Assembly (NCBI GenBank): GCA_012295275.1
Contig: CM022679.1
Location: forward strand, 2,294,001-2,358,000
DNA: 64,000 bases
Direction: 5' to 3'
Source of the DNA: Chrysomallon squamiferum
Lineage: Eukaryota > Animalia > Mollusca
In this document: positions 12,209 through 25,400 of the stretch, one piece after another
Layout of the letters: each line of letters starts with the position of its first letter
Numbering within the stretch: position 1 is the first letter of the stretch
Notes under the pieces: generated by a model
Databases searched by the model: none
What the model saw: the letters and a program-made list of their open reading frames with translations, nothing else
What the model was told of the DNA's origin: nothing
Position numbers and translations under genes: made by a program

Positions 12209-14278
12209 TAATATATGTATACTGTTGGAATTCATCTGATTCACACCATTTCGAATAAACTCTTTCTTGGAATTTCATGAATTCAGTAAATGTTAACAAG
12301 CTGAGCTCACTGACTAACGTAACTTAATCCTCACCCTGCTGTATTGTATTACACAATCATTAACCTACCCATCTCATCAGTGTTAATATAATAATGCTTT
12401 CACCATTGTCTTAGACCTTTTTTTAAAATTTATTTTTTACATTTCGGAAAATAATTATAATTAATAATTTCACTTGGTAGACTGTGGCAACATTTGGACC
12501 TATGCTTGGCCAACCTCAGATAGTCAGTTAGAGCCTGTTTTTGAAAGTTTTGATTCCCAACAGTATTTTATAACTATATGTATGTGTATGTATGTGTGTG
12601 TATGTGTCTGTGTTTTTATGTGTATGAGTATGTATGTATGTATGTATATATGTATGTATATGTGCATGTGTGCATGCATATATGTGTGTATGTGCATGTA
12701 TGTATGTATTTGTCTGTATGCGTGTATGTTCGTATGTGTATGTGTGCGTATGTATGTGTGTATGATGTATGTATGCGGAGGGATGTAAGTATGTATGTGT
12801 GTGCATGTATGTACGTATATGTGTGTTTGTATTTTAGAAAGTAATTACACACTGCATATATATGGCTGAATTTAACTAATAATATTTCCATTACTTGTGT
12901 TACTCTTTTCTCCCTGAAATATACCTCTAGATCTTAGTGTCATCAGAAGCCGTGAAAAAAAAAAACAAGAAAATAAATTTAAAAGAAACAGAATACTGTA
13001 AGACGAGAAATTTCAGTGAAGGAAGGATTCAAGTCTATTTTGTATTTTTTTTATCTGTGCGTGTTTCCAAATACAGCACAACGATTATTTACAAAAAGAC
13101 AGGTGTCCTTTCTATTGTCATCTATAAAAACAATTTTTTTTTTTTTTTTTTTTGTAAGATCTCGCCATGAAATAACAGTCAGTATCAAAATATAAAAACA
13201 GTTAATGTATCACTACTCCGTTTGTACAATGTCTTCTCCGTTATAATCGTATTTAAAACATTAATGTCTGACTCCAAATAACTGTCAGTATGACAGAGTG
13301 CATCGTTAAGCACCTTTTCATTCAAACTTCTACCATTCTGTTTGTTCATTAACTGATTCATTAGCGGTGGTTTCTCCTACACTGCCTGACGTCTGAAAAC
13401 ATCGTAAATGGACAACTGAGAAGAAACAAGGGTAACGAACGATCTCATTTCTTAGTTGATGATGTGATGACAGCACGCAACTTTTTCACATTAATTTGTG
13501 ATAAACAGAAAAGAAGAAGAAGAAAAAAGATAACGTTCATTTTGCACGCTGAACTTATCTACGGTGTGTTTGTATATGTGTGTATATATATGTCTGTGTA
13601 TTTGTGTATATCTATATGTATAATGTGTGTGTTTGGGTACAAAATCGTATATGTATATATGTGAGTATGTATAAATGTGTATAAATGTGTATGCCTGTAT
13701 GGTTGTATGTATATATGTGTGTATGTATAGATGTTAATGTGCATGTTTGTAGGTACGTGTGTAACCATTTTTCTTCTTATTTTCTTATTTGTTTATGTCT
13801 CTATGGCAGTTATTACATCTTTCTTTCATTCCTGATTTCATAATTCCGTTTCTCTCTTTCTTCTTTTTTTTTTTCAGTCTCTTAGAATCAGTCTGTCTGT
13901 AATTCATTCGTCAGACTGAACCATTTAATGAAACTCGAAATAACTGTCTCTGAAAATGAGGCCAAATTATATCCCTCTTCGAACACACACAGTTATCTTA
14001 GAATTGCCGTCATCTATAAATGGATGGCGAGATCGCTTTGGCTATCAGACGGTGGTCAGATGTCGCCAAAATTTAACCCTCGTGTGCTTAGTCTCCAATC
14101 AAAGAGGCTCAAGCTAAGACGTCTAGATTCACTGAGATGCTGCGAGAAAGACGACTGCAGCAAGCGGTAATTACTCAGACAGTGTTATAATTTATCACTC
14201 GCAGTTAGCGACGTTGTTGCCGTCTCCGTCTCCGTCTCTGCAGAGCTCTAGCCCCGGCTGATGTACAGACAGTGCAAG

Positions 14279-14535
14279 TCCAGAGACGTTTCGTGTCCAG
14301 ATACTTCCAAACATTATCAATATCCAGAGACTGAATATTCCAAACATTTGAGATACCCAAACATTGTAAATCTCCAGACACTGTAGATATCCAGGTATTG
14401 TAGATCTCCAGTCACTGTATATCTTTAGACAGTTTAGATATCCAGACGTTGTAAACGTACAGGCACTGTAAATCTAAAGATATTATATATCTTCAGACGT
14501 TGTAGACCTTCAGACACTGTAGATTTTCAGACAGA
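14279..14535. repeat. Highly degenerate 17-bp minisatellite (TCCAGACACTGTAGATA)
   Basis: TCCAGA/TTCAGA...TGTAGAT recurs at about 17-nt spacing. Confidence 0.8.
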
Positions 14536-15018
14536 TTAACACTGAAAAAATACATCCTTTCTTGATGTGGCACTGGAACAACACACATTCTGATGACGTA
14601 GTTTTGACTCTCACTGGTCCCCAGCTATTCGCATGATTTGTTGATATTTTACAAAATGGTCAACAGTTTACGTTTGTCTGTCCTGCTTTCCATTACAGGC
14701 AAAACAAACAAGAGGAAATAATTCTAACTCAGTTTCAACTTGTTCTGGTAAACAAAGGATCAAACCTGATTTATTTTATTTTATTTTATATATTTTTTTG
14801 CTGATATCAGTGGGTACTAAGACTTATAAGATTTGTTTATGTCCTTCAAATTAGCAGCTTTACAGAACCGCTGGAAGAGAATTTTCAGTCGGTTTTTATT
14901 TTAGTTAAGTGCCAAAGAGAAACAACTGGTTTGTTTTAATGAGCAGATTCCTGTTAAAGTGCGTTAAGTCTTGTAACAGCTTTCTAAAGTACACTAATCC
15001 ACAAGTCCTATCCTTATT

Positions 15019-15406
15019 TGGGGGCGGATCCAACAATATTTACCGGTGCCGATCACTATGGACAATACAGACTCGTTATGTTTTATCAGGATCTGTGAAA
15101 ACAGGATCAAACAGCAAAATAAACTTAAATATTGGCACTTGTTTTGTTTAATTCAATACATTTTATTTACGAATACAGATAAGAAGAGAGGAAATCCCCT
15201 GTCTCAGCTAGCAAGAGTAAACCCACAGACAGGGTAGCACATACCACGGTCTTTCTTAATCAGCTGTTGAACATTGGCTGCAGTGAGAAATAACTCAATG
15301 AGTCCTCCGAGAGGCGGACTGATGTAACAAACCATTCCCATCACCGGCCCAGTCTGAGTTCTAAACTCTTTTCACTAAACTCTTTTCACCCTAGGATCCG
15401 CACCTG
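15019..15406. mobile_element. MITE-like element (GGGGCGGATCC ... GGATCCGCACCTG) containing a SINE family B fragment at about 15181-15350
   Basis: Imperfect inverted ends related to the 10868 element; the inner segment shares CCCACAGACAGGGTAGCA with 58946 and CATTGGCTGCAG with 47646. Confidence 0.5.
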
Positions 15407-17098
15407 TCCTGTCGTAAAAGACCTGCCATCCACGACTGCGTCCGGCTTTCTTATCTTTCTTATTTGTTTGTCTGAAAATCAGAAGAATATTCACGTCGCT
15501 TTTCATCTCTCGGATATCGCCAGCGACGACACAATTCTGCCAGTCGCTAATAATTAATTCTGCTTTGCATTGGAAACACTCGTTTCACGCTTTACGGGGA
15601 AGAGCGAAGCAATAGCGGCTTTTCGCAAGATCTCCCGTTTCGTGTTTACCACTCATTATGGCTAATACGTTTGCGCAGTTATTTATGCCATTAAATCGTG
15701 GATTGTAAAAATCAGGCTTGCACTGAATGCGAAGAAAAGAAAAAGTCATTTTGCTATATCCTGTTCTGACGTGTCTTGTCAAACTGTGTTGTGTTTTATT
15801 AACAAAAGTGATGGTGTTTTAACATTATAAAGGATGCTGTTTAAAAGACCAAGAAAAAAATCACCGTTACTATTATTTCAACTACTAAAACTACTACTTC
15901 AGTTACTATTACTATTATCATTACTAGTACTATTGCTACTGCTGCTACTACTACTACTGCTACTACTATTATTACTACTTCTATTACTGCTATGGTTACT
16001 TCCACTACTACTTCTGTTATAACAACAACAACAACTATTATTACTACCATTACCATTCATTCGTACACTCCTGTCTAAGGAGATTCTAGATAAATGATCC
16101 TGTATTCAGAATCGACATCTTATTGGCAGTAACAGTTCCTTCTTGATAATTCATTACACAAATCCTGTATTCACGTTACAGTTAAAATGTTTAATGAAGA
16201 CTTTCAGCCATTTATTTATTTACTTACTTACTTTCTTATTTACTTATTTATTCAATTATTCATTTATTTATTCATTATTTATTTACTAAACGAATAAGAA
16301 ACATGATTATTTATGTTATACGTCTGATACGAAGAATTTAATAAGGTATTAAGTTATTTTATTTTACTTTATTATTGTTATTATTAATTATTTTATTACA
16401 TTTTATTCATCTTTATCTTTTTGTCTAGCGCAATATGTGTTTGTGTATATATATATATATATAAAATTATAATACAAATGTATATGTGTGAGTGTATGTG
16501 CGTGAACATCTGCTATGATGTTTTTTCTAAAACAAAAAGTACTGTCACCAATGTACACATGTTATGTTAGCTGTAAGAGATGTTCTGTATAAACCTTCCC
16601 ACGGATCAGAAGAAAACTGATCTTCGTATTAGTTTGTCTGATAATAATTCACGGTCGTTGCATTAACCAGTTCATGTGACCAGATAAGACAAAGACGTCG
16701 TGTCGCTTGCTCGTCAAAAACAGCTTGAAGCGACAAAACCCGGCGCGCTCGCTTTGTCTTACCAGTGACCACCTTAGAACTGAAACAAGACGAAGATGTC
16801 TGTCATTTGAAACTTCTGTGATTTAAGAAAAGGGTATAATCTTTCATTTTTATCGGGATAAAACAGTGAGTGTTGTTAGGTGTGGAGAGTTTTCATGATG
16901 GCGGGTGTTAAAAGGTCATCGAGTGTCGGAGTTTTATTTCTTCCCTGCATTGCTTTGTTACTCTGATTTAAACATTTTTTTTCAGAAGAACTGTTTTCTC
17001 TGTTCTCATACATAATTTTGTTTGTCAGACAGTCTCTTTTGTTTAATACGCTTTTTTTTTTTTTTTTTTTTTTTTTCTTTTTTCTTTGTTTATTTGTT

Positions 17099-17197
<99 letters not shown>

Positions 17198-18108
17198 CTA
17201 TGTATATGTCAGTAATTAATTATCTTTTTTTCTTCTATGAACCACAGCAAGCTCATCAGGATAAAGAAAACAGATCTGTTAAAACGAATTGGTTTTTTTC
17301 AAACCTAAGACGTGCAAAGAAACAGACACCGTAGTTGAAATGCGAGCTGAAAATCAAACGGAACTGAATGATCGCCTGACATGACAGCAATACTTTTGTT
17401 TTGCGTCCATATTAAAATTACTGTTTCTTGGATTTTACTGTAAAAAGACAAAAGTACATACAGACGGTCTAGCAGAAGGAGAAAAATAAAACAGAAAAGA
17501 TAAAACGAAGTTAGGTTTAATAGTTTTGTCAGTGTATAAAAGAAAACAACGAAAGAGAGTGGGATTGAGAGACAGACAGACAGACACAGAGAGAGAAAGA
17601 GAGAGAGAAATAATTATGAGAGACAGTGAGAGAGATGATAGAGAGATAGAGAGACAGAGAGAGAGATAGAGAGAGAAATGATAAAGACTAAGCCAGAGAA
17701 ATGATAGAGAAACAGAGAGAAACAATGAAAGACAGAGATTGCTGAGTCAGATATAGAAAGAATGAGAGACAGAATGAGAGAGAGAGAGGAAGTATAAGTT
17801 GTGTTAATAAGGGTATTTATTAGTAGTCGAAGCAGTAAAAGAAACTGATAGGACAGCAGTAGTAATAATAGTAATTGCAGTACTGCAGTACTAGTAGTAG
17901 TAGCAGCAGCAGCAGTAGTCACAGTGGTAGTAGCAAAAATAATAGAAGCTAAAGTAAGATTAGGAAGAGGAGACGATGGAGATTTAGTATAAGGTAAAGA
18001 AATGAAGATGAGTCAGAACTGGAGGATAAGCTACACTTAAACAGAAAACAAACATAAAACTCTGCGACTAGCATCAACAAACACAGAGAAATATTTCGCC
18101 TGTCTTAC

Positions 18109-18367
18109 CTGTGATTAACGACAATCGTCTCATGGCTGGGAAGGGGTGGTTGCCAGACGTGTCCAAGATATCCAGGCGGTAAGCGTTGCCTTTTATCCTG
18201 TAGATCTTTCTGTGGAAGTCCTCAATAGTCGGCGTGTACTTGTCGTCGTACTTGTTGTACAGGAACCTCGAGACTATAGACGTCTTGCCGACCTTGGACG
18301 ACCCCAGAATCACCAGACGATGGCAGTTCTCAGCCGGGGCGTTGTTGCCCTGCTCAACGAGCGCCAT
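18109..18367 (-). CDS. RASD1: RASD1/Rhes-family small GTPase, coding exon 1 (268 aa spliced protein from ATG 18367; in-frame upstream ATGs extend to 18568)
   Basis: G1 GSSKVGKT, G2 YTPTIEDFHRK, G3 DTSGNHPFPAMRRLS match RASD1/RASD2; donor CAG|GTAAGA at 18108, phase 1, joins exon 2 as LSLITG|DLFILVYS. Probably a co-ortholog of RASD1 and RASD2. Confidence 0.95.
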
Positions 18368-19290
18368 CTTGGAGAACGATGATGTCGTCGCTGGCCAGCA
18401 GAAGCAGCTGGACTGTCGTAGATTGGGCGAGACGGTTTCGCTCTGGGGGAGATACCGTCCCCACGGTCTGCTGCAAGAACAACACAAGTCAAGACTTAGC
18501 ATTATTTTGCTGACCATTGCAGTGTCAGGCGGGCAGTTCGGGAGAGAGTTTGTGGACGTTACTTTCATAACACAAAGTTTAGTGATGACGTCGCTGATGT
18601 CAGACGTCTTCCAGCAAAGCAGCAGCGCGTAGAACTCGAAAATCGGAAACTAAAGTAGGTAAATGAAGAAACGTGTCTCAAGACAGAAAACATGTTCGCC
18701 ACATAATAATAATAGATACAGAAAACGATTTTTCTTTTCGTCACCGCATGAACTGTGAAAATCTGGTTAAAGTTTAGGTACAGCATAAATTTAGTTAAAA
18801 ACACATACTGTATGTTTTACACAGACGTTTGTGTAAAACTACGTACTGCGTAGATTTAGATAAACACACACTTTGTGTAAAAAAATGATAAAATACGTTT
18901 TACACAAAGTACGTATTGGACAATAATTTGTTTTCTTTTTTTTGTAAGTAAATCTCGTGTTGAACACTTTTGGCTAAAAACACGAATTCCGTAAAGCGAA
19001 AGTTGACTTTTCTATTGCTGTTCCTAAAACCAGTCACTTTGTCCGTCCGTCTGCTTGTACTTGAAGGTTTTGATGGACGCAGACAACTAAAACATGTCCG
19101 TCGACAGCTGACCGAATGTATGATGACTCGCTTGCTTATCTGCGACTGTCGCGTTCAGCGCAGTTCGGAATAATTAAATCGATTGAAATGAAGCTGTTTC
19201 TATGCATTTGTTGTCCTTAACGAGCGATGTCGTCGTATAAAACATGTCACTCTGTATTACAGTAATTTATCTAATTGTTGTGCATAGCTC

Positions 19291-19985
19291 TAACACAGTG
19301 AACAATATTTCATTATATTTTACACCGTTAAGATATTTCTGTGCTTTAACACAGTGAACAATATTTCATTATATTTTACACCGTTAAGATATTTCTGTGC
19401 TTTAACACATTGAACAGTATTTCGTTATTTCTACTCGGTTAAGATATTTCTGTGCTTTAACACACTGAACAGTATTTCGTTATTTCTACTCGGTTAAGAT
19501 ATTTCTGTACTTTAACACACTGAACAGTATTTCGTTATTTCTACTCGGTTAAGATATTTCTGTGCTTTAACACACTGAACAGTATTTCGTTATTTCTACT
19601 CGGTTAAGATATTTCTGTGCTTTAACACACTGAACAGTATTTCGTTATTTCTACTCGGTTAAGATATTTCTGTGCTTTAACACATTGAACAGTATTTCGT
19701 TATTTCTACTTTAAGATATTTCTGTGCTTTAACACACTGAACAGTATTTCGTTATTTCTACTCGGTTAAGATATTTCTGTACTTTAACACACTGAACAGT
19801 ATTTCGTTATTTCTACTCGGTTAAGATATTTCTGTGCTTTAACACACTGAACAGTATTTCGTTATTTCTACTCGGTTAAGATATTTCTGTACTTTAACAC
19901 ACTGAACAGTATTTCGTTATTTCTACTCGGTTAAGATATTTCTGTACTTTAACACATTAAATGTCGGCTGTTTCTACTCGGTTAA
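19291..19985. repeat. 55-bp minisatellite, about 12.5 units (TTTAACACACTGAACAGTATTTCGTTATTTCTACTCGGTTAAGATATTTCTGTGC)
   Basis: TTTAACAC recurs every 55 nt (for example 19511 and 19566); two variant units at the left end; one unit with a short deletion near 19710. Confidence 0.97.
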
Positions 19986-21760
19986 AAAAAATTGTTCGGA
20001 TTGTTTTATTAAATATTTTACAAAAAATACTTCCTTTTTATTTCTTCTGTTAAACATTTTACGTTTGTCTTGTTTCTTTATGTTGCAGAACGTTATTCTT
20101 ATTTTTATGCTATTAGGAACATGGACGTTTTAATAAATTATACTGCAGAAAATGTTAAAATTATGTTCGTTTAAAAACCTGATTCCTCTGTCACAGTAAA
20201 CGATTGTTTCTAATTTTTAATATGCTCAAAATTTGACTTTCTGAATAACAGATATCGAAGAAGATTTTCCCTGCATTTGATTAAACCCTCGGACTTGTGA
20301 TGGATGGACCAGGGTCGCTTCTCGCTACAGATAATTGTATTGTTTCATATTAACTAACATATTATTGTTGTTGTTGTTATTATTATTATATTATACTTAT
20401 CATCATCATCATCGTTATTATTATAATTATCAACATCATCATTATCTTCATTTTCATCACCATCATCATCATTATTATTATTATATTTTTTATTTATATT
20501 TGGTCATTCACTTTTACGAGATTCTTAAGAATATATTTAAACTGAAAAAATTAGTTTCGCTAAAAATTCGGTCTTTATTTTTTATAGGATTTTGCAGAAT
20601 ATGTTGTTCCAGATTTTCGCCTCCTTAAAACCGTGTGTGGATTTATTCGTTAAAAAAATTGTTTATGACATTGCTATGACGGTGATTAGAATTTCAAATA
20701 TAACTGATCAAGGAGGATGTTACAATACCCTCCCATTCACCACCCCCCCCCCAATAAAACGAAAACAGGAGAGATGTGGCAATGCGTTTTCAGGGTCATT
20801 TAAGTAATTCTTGTAATAACAACAACAACAACAATAATAATAGTAATAATAATAATAATTGTAATAACAGTAATAGTAATGACAACAACAATAGTAGTAG
20901 TAATGATAATAATAATAACAGCAATAACAGTAGTAATAGCAATAGTAGTAGTAGTAGTAATAATAATAATAATAATGTAATTGTTTGTATGTGTATGTGT
21001 TTCTATTTATCTGTTTATAGAACGGGTGTGTAAGAAGATAAGTAGGCGATAAAAGACCACTAAGTCACAAGAGAAACAACCGCCTACCCACACATACACA
21101 CATACAGATAGATATACGCACGTACGTACATACATATAGATACACACAAAGAATAAATAAAACTCAAAGAAAATCCCCGAAGAAATCCTCCTCACCGATA
21201 TTTCTAACACAGTGTAATTGTCAAGCAAAACACGATATCAATAAAGTTTCAAATCTGACTTTTTTTCTCTCCTCTCATTAACAGTTAATTTTCAGAGAAG
21301 GTCAAATCACTTAAATATCTGATTAACTTAGAACATCTACATTAACTCGCGGACACCCACACAGACAGAAACATCTAATGAAATAAATGAAATTTCGTCT
21401 TACAGAGAGAGACACCGAGAGGACAACATTTCTAAATATTCAGTCACAGCGTCATAGTCATTGTTAACGCCTGACTACGAACTCGATAAAACTTCCTGGT
21501 GCTGTTGCTCTAGCTCACTTGTAGAGAATATTATCAGACGATAATGTAAGTCAGTTGTAATAAACAGCGTAGACTTCCCGTCTGTTGTTCAGATAGAGGT
21601 AGCTCTTCTTTGAGGTGATTCGTTACTCAACTTGTTGATATTATAATAAACACAGTTTAACCACCACCGCCGCCACCACTACCATCATCAACATCATCAT
21701 TGTTATTATTATCGTGGTCATTTTGAAATGTGTGTGTATATATATATGTATATAAGGTGT

Positions 21761-21896
21761 GAATATTCTCTGTCTAATGCACGTCTGATTGGACTCTGCA
21801 CACAGACAATATTCGGCAGGACTAAGCACCCATTTGCTCACACTCCTAAGGCGGGCGACGTTACCGTTCGGCCATCAAGACAACCCTATATCTCTG
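21761..21896 (-). mobile_element. SINE family A copy with internal deletion
   Basis: 3' part matches the 2311 and 22290 copies; 5' part GACGTTACCGTTCGGCCAT matches the reverse complement of the 39671 head. Confidence 0.7.
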
Positions 21897-22275
21897 TATG
21901 TATGTATGTATGTATGTATGTATGTATGTATGTATGTATGTATGTATGTATGTATGTATGTATGTATGTATGTATGTACGTACGTATGTATGTATGTATA
22001 TATATACGTATGTATGTACGTACCTATGTATGTATGTATATACGTATGTATGTTACATGTATGCCTGTATGTATGTCTGTATGTCTGTATGTCTGTATGT
22101 ATGTCTGTATGTCTGTATGTATGTCTGTATATCTGTATGTCTGTATGTCTGTATGTATGTATGTCTGTATGTATGTTTGTATGTCTGTCTGTATGTATGT
22201 ATGTATGTATGTATGTATGTATGTATGTATGTATGTATGTATGTATGTCTGCATATATGTGTATATGTGTATATG
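21897..22275. repeat. (TATG)n / (TCTGTATG)n compound microsatellite; similar arrays at 22445-22720, 23770-23910 and 39495-39650
   Basis: Read directly. Confidence 0.97.
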
Positions 22276-22278
22276 TAG

Positions 22279-22440
22279 TTTAGACTTTTGAATATTCTCT
22301 TTCTTATGTACGTCTGATTAGATTCTGCACATAGATTAGACTCTGCACAATATTCGAGAACAGACTGGTGCAAGAGGACAAAGTCCAGTGACGACCTCAG
22401 ATGCCGCTGACGAGACTCGAACGTATGGCACCCGTTCACC
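22279..22440 (-). mobile_element. SINE family A copy (5'-truncated, small internal duplication)
   Basis: Aligns by eye to 2300-2446 and to the reverse complement of 39720-39800. Confidence 0.75.
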
Positions 22441-22498
22441 CATATGTACGTACGTATGTATATGTCTTTGTATGTGTGTATGTATGTGTGTATGTATG

Positions 22499-22532
<34 letters not shown>

Positions 22533-23071
22533 TGTATGTATGTATGTATGTATGTATGTATGTATGTATGTATGTATGTATGTGTGTATATATGTGTGTG
22601 TATGTACGTATGTATGTTTGTATATAGGTATGTATGTTTGTATTTATGTATGTTTGTAAGTGTCTGTACGGATGTTTGTCTGTTTACGTTTGTATATGTA
22701 TGTATGTCTATTTATGTATGTTATAAAGCCTTGACATCTAAGTAACCAAATTTAACACTGCTGAGAAAGCATCATTAACGTGCGAGCAGTAAATCCTGGA
22801 TACTTGGCTTTACTAATGCAAAAAACTCCTTCCATTTGATGTGAAATGTAACAGATAATTGACGACAACATCAGTGATGTTTGATGATGCTGCTGCCCAT
22901 GACGACGAAAGGTTTCCCACAGCGTCGAGGCCTGACGTTACCAGTGTTGTAGAAATCTGGTTCACTGTTGACAAGTGTTATTTACAAACTGTCACCACTC
23001 TTTTTCTTCTTCTTCTGTTTGTGTGAGTGTGCGTGTGTTTGTGCATGTCCAAGTGTGTGTTTGTGTGCGTC

Positions 23072-23121
<50 letters not shown>

Positions 23122-23477
23122 GGTATGTAGGTATGTTTATGCAATGTATATATGAGTGTACATTTATGTATATATATATATTTGTATGTGCGTGAATTTT
23201 CATGTTAATGTATATGTATCTGTGTGTGTGTGTTTATATGTGTATATATGTATGTATGTGTTTATATGTGTATATATGTATGTATATGTATGTATATGTA
23301 TGTATTTCTGTGTGTATATGTATGTGCGTTTACGTCTGTGTGTACATATATGTTTGTATATTTTTAAATATATGTGTGTGTATTTGTTAAAGTAATGAAA
23401 TAGGCAATACAAAAAAGGACTCAAGTTGAGAGAGTGAAAAGAGAGAGACTAGAAGCAAGAACCAGAGAAATATTTTG

Positions 23478-23548
<71 letters not shown>

Positions 23549-23950
23549 TGATGATGATGATGATGATACTTTAAAAAACAAATCGAAAAAAAGGAAGTGA
23601 AATGAAAACAGCAAAACAAGGAAGTGTTTGGTGTCAAGTAAAGTATTGGTTTTGTGGAAGACGTGGGTTTTACGTTAATTAGTCCATGTACGTAATAATT
23701 TTCTTATCTTAATTAATTATCAATATCTGATGTGTGAAGAAAAACACAGACATTTTGTATATACACACATACACACATACTTACATACATTCGTACATAC
23801 ATATATACATACATACATTAATACATACATACATATATACATACATACATTAATACATACATACATACATACATTCATACATACACACATAAATACATAC
23901 ATATATACATTCATACTTTAATACATATATACATATGTGTGTCTGTGTGA

Positions 23951-23997
<47 letters not shown>

Positions 23998-24499
23998 TAA
24001 GCAGGCATGCAGACAGATACAAAGACAGAAAAAAAAAAAAAAAATCCGCACAAACTGAAAAGTGATCACCCACCATTTTTCGAGCCACAAAATGATCTAC
24101 ATCGAGAAAGGGAAAAAAATAAAAATAAATAAAAATCATTTCTCGAACGTTTAATCACGGGAGTTATGTAGGATTGCATCCGTAATTTGTTTAAAACAAG
24201 ACGACCTTTTAAAAATAATTTTCATGGCGGTTTCATCGATCATCTCGATTCAAAATCATTACCGGATCAGTGGAGGCAAAGCCGTGGCTCACTTGAGTAG
24301 CGTCCGTGTTCTCTTAAACTGATGTTTTGCAAAAACTATGACGTGGAAAATATTTATATTTTTTATACTTCGAGCCTGCATCAGGGCTGGCTAGCTAGGG
24401 AAATAATCAGTAATTGAAGCTAATGAAAAGAAAATTGCAGTTTTCCCAGAAAGGTTTTATGAAAAAAAAATTTAAACTGAAATCATTATAATAATCATC

Positions 24500-24541
<42 letters not shown>

Positions 24542-24720
24542 ATATGAAAAAGATTTGGAATATGCCAATTTTTTTTCAAATTTTTTAGTTTATGATTACA
24601 CTCAATATTCAGATTTTGTTGTCATTTGCGGTAAGCGATTCGATCTCGTCTGCCACAATTTAAAAGATCGGCATTTCTGTGGAGTTTTGTTTTTGTTTTA
24701 TGCGGATAATTTATAATTTA

Positions 24721-24833
<113 letters not shown>

Positions 24834-25155
24834 TTTAAAACAGTAAAAATCTTACCAGTTGGCGGAATTGGCTTAAAATTCAAGATGGCTGACCGGTGAC
24901 AATCACCAAGGCATTTTGAAGCAAACAAATTAAAAATACCCTCCTTCTTGATCAGAAAAACGCACACGGCTGTGTGTCGTTACTGTGGAAACAGAACTTA
25001 ATTTATCTAGATATAAAATTCAGTGATGTGTAAGTCTCAGACTGGAACGAAACAGAAGAGAAAAGCCGCGATGACAGAAACATCATAAAAATTCATAACT
25101 ACATTGACCTTTGTTTCGATTTCATAAGTATCTTCTTCATTTTAATTCAACGTGT

Positions 25156-25156
<1 letters not shown>

Positions 25157-25243
<87 letters not shown>

Positions 25244-25298
25244 AAGAAAAAAAAGAAAAAAAAAGAAAAAAAAAACAAAATGACAAAAGATAGATAGA

Positions 25299-25356
<58 letters not shown>

Positions 25357-25400
25357 GAATGGATGGATGGATGGATGGATGGATGGATGGATGGATGGAT
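25157..25400. repeat. Compound microsatellite (GA)n - A-rich - (GATA)n - (GGAT)n
   Basis: Read directly. Confidence 0.97.

Noticed and set aside
18140-18305. Ser at the Ras G12 position and Asn at the Q61 position as novel activating changes
   Set aside because: GSSKVGKT and DTSGNH are the normal RASD1-family sequences.
19291-19985. CRISPR-like appearance of the regular arrays (also 1003-2014, 8140-8605, 48337-48466)
   Set aside because: Units are head-to-tail with no unique spacers, there are no cas genes, and the context is eukaryotic.
22400-22430. CTGACGAGACTCGAAC resembling a hammerhead ribozyme core (CUGANGA...GAAA)
   Set aside because: It has GAAC rather than GAAA, I found no convincing stems I and III, and it is explained as the reverse complement of the SINE B-box GTTCGAGTC.
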